Assembly: GCA_030867685.1 (NCBI GenBank)
Contig: JAQOWU010000001.1
Location: forward strand, 434,001-498,000
Reading direction: 5' to 3'
Origin: Wickerhamiella versatilis
Taxonomy: Eukaryota
Length of the DNA: 64,000 bases
Shown here: in pieces, positions 61,033 to 64,000 of the stretch
Position numbering within the stretch: the stretch's first letter is position 1
How the letters are laid out: every line of letters begins with the position of its first letter
Translations under genes and position numbers: made by a program
Notes under the pieces: model-generated
Seen by the model: the letters and a program-made list of their open reading frames with translations, nothing else
Told to the model about the DNA's origin: nothing
The model's database searches: none

Positions 61033-61899
61033 TTATTTCTTAAAGCTAGCCTTGATGTCTCGATCTATGACCAAGCGCACGATCGAGCCAAAGAGCGCGA
61101 GAAAAACACCAACGATGCCTTGAAGGATACCTAGACCGAACCTTGGCGAAGCTCCCATCATCGCACTTCCTAAAACCCAGCTGATCATATCAGTATAGAT
61201 GGTATCTGACCCTTTATCCAGCCAATGTAACACGTCACGAGCAATTTTATCAGGACTTTCAGGAACGGATGCCCCCTCTATTTTTCTAGTGATCTCTGGT
61301 TTTGTTTGTTCCTCAATTTGGAAACCTTCAGTTGCCATTGAACCTGGCAATACATGTGAAATTCTTATATTATGCTGTAACATTTCCTGGCGAGTAATGT
61401 CTGCCAGAGCACGGATAGCTGCCTTTGCCGGTGCATAAGCTCCATAGCCTATCAATGGAAATACAGCCACCGTTGAAGAGCAGTAGATCAGCTGGCGACG
61501 TACATTTAATTTATCAGGCGCTGAGCATAGTACCTTAAGTGCAGCATGACTGAAGTACAAAGCTGTGTCGTAGACCGTTCGAAGATTTTCTTGGAGAGTT
61601 TCCGGAGGCATTTCTATAAAAAACCCAGGCCTTGCAGCACCCGCGCAGCACCATACTGCATCTGGGATACTTCCTATTTCTTGGAAAACACGAGTACAGT
61701 CATTGTAGTCGGCTACATCAGCCGAAACATAGCTAATCTTCTGGGACTTAGATGTTGCATATGTTTTGAGATCATTCACCGTATTTGATAATTTTGTGAT
61801 GGTTCTTGCAACAATGACAACGTCCCAGCCGCGCTTGACGTATTGGCGTGCTAGGGAGGCACCCAGGCCCTGAGAACCACCCGATATCACAACCAGCAT
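61033..61899 (-). CDS. TSC10: 3-ketodihydrosphingosine reductase
   Basis: SGGSQGLG, CCAG, YGAYAPAKAA, EGFQIEEQTKPEITRKIEG, C-terminal hydrophobic segment. Confidence 0.92.
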   Translation of the reverse strand: MLVVISGGSQGLGASLARQYVKRGWDVVIVARTITKLSNTVNDLKTYATSKSQKISYVSADVADYNDCTRVFQEIGSIPDAVWCCAGAARPGFFIEMPPETLQENLRTVYDTALYFSHAALKVLCSAPDKLNVRRQLIYCSSTVAVFPLIGYGAYAPAKAAIRALADITRQEMLQHNIRISHVLPGSMATEGFQIEEQTKPEITRKIEGASVPESPDKIARDVLHWLDKGSDTIYTDMISWVLGSAMMGASPRFGLGILQGIVGVFLALFGSIVRLVIDRDIKASFKK

Positions 61900-62198
61900 A
61901 CAGTCAGCGTAATATCAGCCAACGCCAGTTATAGTAGAAATAACAAGCCAGGGAGACGAAAATATTCGCTAAGTGTCGCGTTAATAAAATACTTTCTCAA
62001 GGACTATATATCACTTAGAAGCAACACATAGGAGGATTTGTACCACTCGAGTCGATGCCCGCTTCTAAGACTTTAAAGAAATACTGAATGGTATCTTTGT
62101 AGTAATAGCATTAAGCAAAGAGCTTCTTGTCTAATAGTATTTCCGGCATATTCCCCTCGCCTTCATACTGTTACGTGGAGACTGTCTTACCAAGCAAA

Positions 62199-64000
62199 AT
62201 GCAGCTGCTGCTGTGGCTTTTGTACTTGGTACAATGTTTCGCGCCTGTTCTATCCGTGAAGCATTGGATGTTTCGTAAATGTGAGCAGAATCCATTCTGT
62301 CAGAGAGCTCGAGATCTCGCATCTCACAGTGGAAGTGAATACACTGTTAGTGAGGTAAAGCCTGGAGACAATGAAATTACTGGGTTCCTTGGCACTCCTG
62401 GTGATAAGAGTTTACCATTTTCACTACAGGTGGTTTCTGATGGTGCACTACGCTTCCTTGTAGATGAGCCTGATCGCATTGTAGGCCCGGACTACCTTTC
62501 AAATGCACGTTTCGACCCTGATGTGTTCATGCTTGACATGTCGAATAAGAGACGAATTCCGGAAGCAAAAATTGATGTGAAAAAAGATAAAGCTTCTATT
62601 CATTTCGATGATGTTGAGGCAACCTTGTTCTTGTCACCCCTTAAGCTTGTTGTCGAGCGCGCTGGAGAACCGTTGGTGGTGCTCAATGAACATAAATTAC
62701 TTCATATGGAGACGCTCAGGCAGAAATCTGATTCAGATGAACCTACGATGTGGGAAGATAGCTTTGATGGTCATACCGATAAGAAAATTCGAGGACCTGA
62801 GTCTGTCACCGCTGATTTCACGTTTCCAGGAGCTCGTCATGTATACGGAATACCAGAGCACTCTGACTCTCTGTCTCTGAAAGATACAAGAAAAGAGCAC
62901 ACAGATCCATATAGGATGTTCAACGTTGATATTTTCGAGTATGAAACAGAAAGTGAGATGCCTATGTACGGTTCTATTCCATTCATGTTGGGTTTACGGC
63001 CCGATGCATGTGCCGGTATTCTATGGCTAAACTCAGCAGATACATATGTTGATATTACCAAGGAAAAGGATTCGACTTGGACCCACTGGATCTCTGAAAC
63101 AGGAAAACTGGATGCATTCATATTTGTTGGAAAAACCCCCACTGATGTCGTTTCGAAGTATTCTGAGGTTGTAGGAACTAATGCATTGCCTCAGTTATGG
63201 GCAATTGCTTATCATCAGTGCAGATGGAACTATAATTCGGAAACTGATGTTTTGAATGTCAACAAGCAGTTTGATGATCATCTAATCCCATACGATGTCA
63301 TATGGCTGGATATCGAATATACTGGCCAGCGTAAATACTTCACGTGGAACGAGCATACTTTCCCGAATCCAGAAAAAATGCTGTTTGAACTAGATGAGAC
63401 CAAACGCAAACTAGTTCCACTTATTGATCCACATATCAAGGTTGCGTCAGACTACGATATTTACAATGACGTTAAAAAAGTTGCAGTTCAAAATGCGGAG
63501 GCATCAAAGCCGTTTGAAGGCCATTGTTGGCCTGGCAATTCTATTTGGATTGACACGATGAACCCAGAATGTTATAAGTATTGGAATAAATTCCACGCAA
63601 TGGGTGCTTTCGGCGGAAATGCGCCAAACCTTGGTATATGGAACGATATGAGCGAACCATCTGTCTTCAGTGGGTCGGAAACAACTGCTTATAAGGATCT
63701 TGTCCATTATGGCGGCTGGCAGCATCGCGATGTACACAATCTGTTTGGTCAAACTTTCACTAATGCAACTTTTGAAGCCCTTTTGCAGAGATATGACCAC
63801 AAGCAAAGACCATTTATTCTCACAAGGAGCTTTTTCGCAGGAAGTCAGCGCCTCGCTGCTACGTGGACTGGAGATAACCAGGCTGAATGGGAGTATCTTA
63901 GAGCAGCGACACCCACTATTCTTACTTTGGGAGTTGCTGGTATGCCTTTCTCTGGAGCGGATGTCGGTGGGTTTTTCCGCGATCCTGAGCCTGAGCTTCT
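62199..64000 (+). CDS. ROT2: ER glucosidase II alpha subunit (GH31), 3' partial; absent from the ORF track
   Basis: Translated by hand: signal peptide MQLLLWLLYL..., VKHWMFRKCEQNPFCQR, YHQCRWNY, WLDIEY, in-frame WNDMSEPSVF at 63639, WTGDN, GADVGGF. Confidence 0.93.
   Translation, partial: MQLLLWLLYLVQCFAPVLSVKHWMFRKCEQNPFCQRARDLASHSGSEYTVSEVKPGDNEITGFLGTPGDKSLPFSLQVVSDGALRFLVDEPDRIVGPDYLSNARFDPDVFMLDMSNKRRIPEAKIDVKKDKASIHFDDVEATLFLSPLKLVVERAGEPLVVLNEHKLLHMETLRQKSDSDEPTMWEDSFDGHTDKKIRGPESVTADFTFPGARHVYGIPEHSDSLSLKDTRKEHTDPYRMFNVDIFEYETESEMPMYGSIPFMLGLRPDACAGILWLNSADTYVDITKEKDSTWTHWISETGKLDAFIFVGKTPTDVVSKYSEVVGTNALPQLWAIAYHQCRWNYNSETDVLNVNKQFDDHLIPYDVIWLDIEYTGQRKYFTWNEHTFPNPEKMLFELDETKRKLVPLIDPHIKVASDYDIYNDVKKVAVQNAEASKPFEGHCWPGNSIWIDTMNPECYKYWNKFHAMGAFGGNAPNLGIWNDMSEPSVFSGSETTAYKDLVHYGGWQHRDVHNLFGQTFTNATFEALLQRYDHKQRPFILTRSFFAGSQRLAATWTGDNQAEWEYLRAATPTILTLGVAGMPFSGADVGGFFRDPEPEL

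Noticed and set aside
63639-63668. ROT2 active-site variant WNDMSE instead of WNDMNE
   Set aside because: The catalytic Asp is retained; a single substitution is weak evidence of altered function

Overview
Gene-dense, almost intron-free segment of a budding-yeast (Saccharomycotina) nuclear chromosome. The compaction, shortened proteins and bacterial-type genes suggest the Wickerhamiella/Starmerella clade, but that assignment is inference. The window holds about 46 protein-coding genes, mostly conserved housekeeping orthologues (BUD4, INN1, RPC31, RIM2, RPL21, RPS9, MTR10, PRP11, RPS22, SGT2, MET17, VRL1, TSR3, PUS1, SRO7/77, SPO11, TTI1, MAE1, BNA2, BSD2, YTH1, NSE3, PRE6, TAF5, TRM732, TSC10, partial ROT2), plus one intron-containing tRNA-Leu(CAA). 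Highlights: two bacterial-type genes that are horizontal-transfer candidates (endonuclease V, pyroglutamyl peptidase I); an unannotated structured RNA with H/ACA-like architecture downstream of RPS9; an RPS22 start codon split A^TG by a highly structured intron; a YND1-like apyrase with degenerate catalytic motifs; a shared Mcm1-forkhead-like element between the divergent cytokinesis genes BUD4 and INN1; and a lineage-specific patch at 42-48.5 kb. All family calls come from motif recognition by eye; no database searches or folding programs were run.
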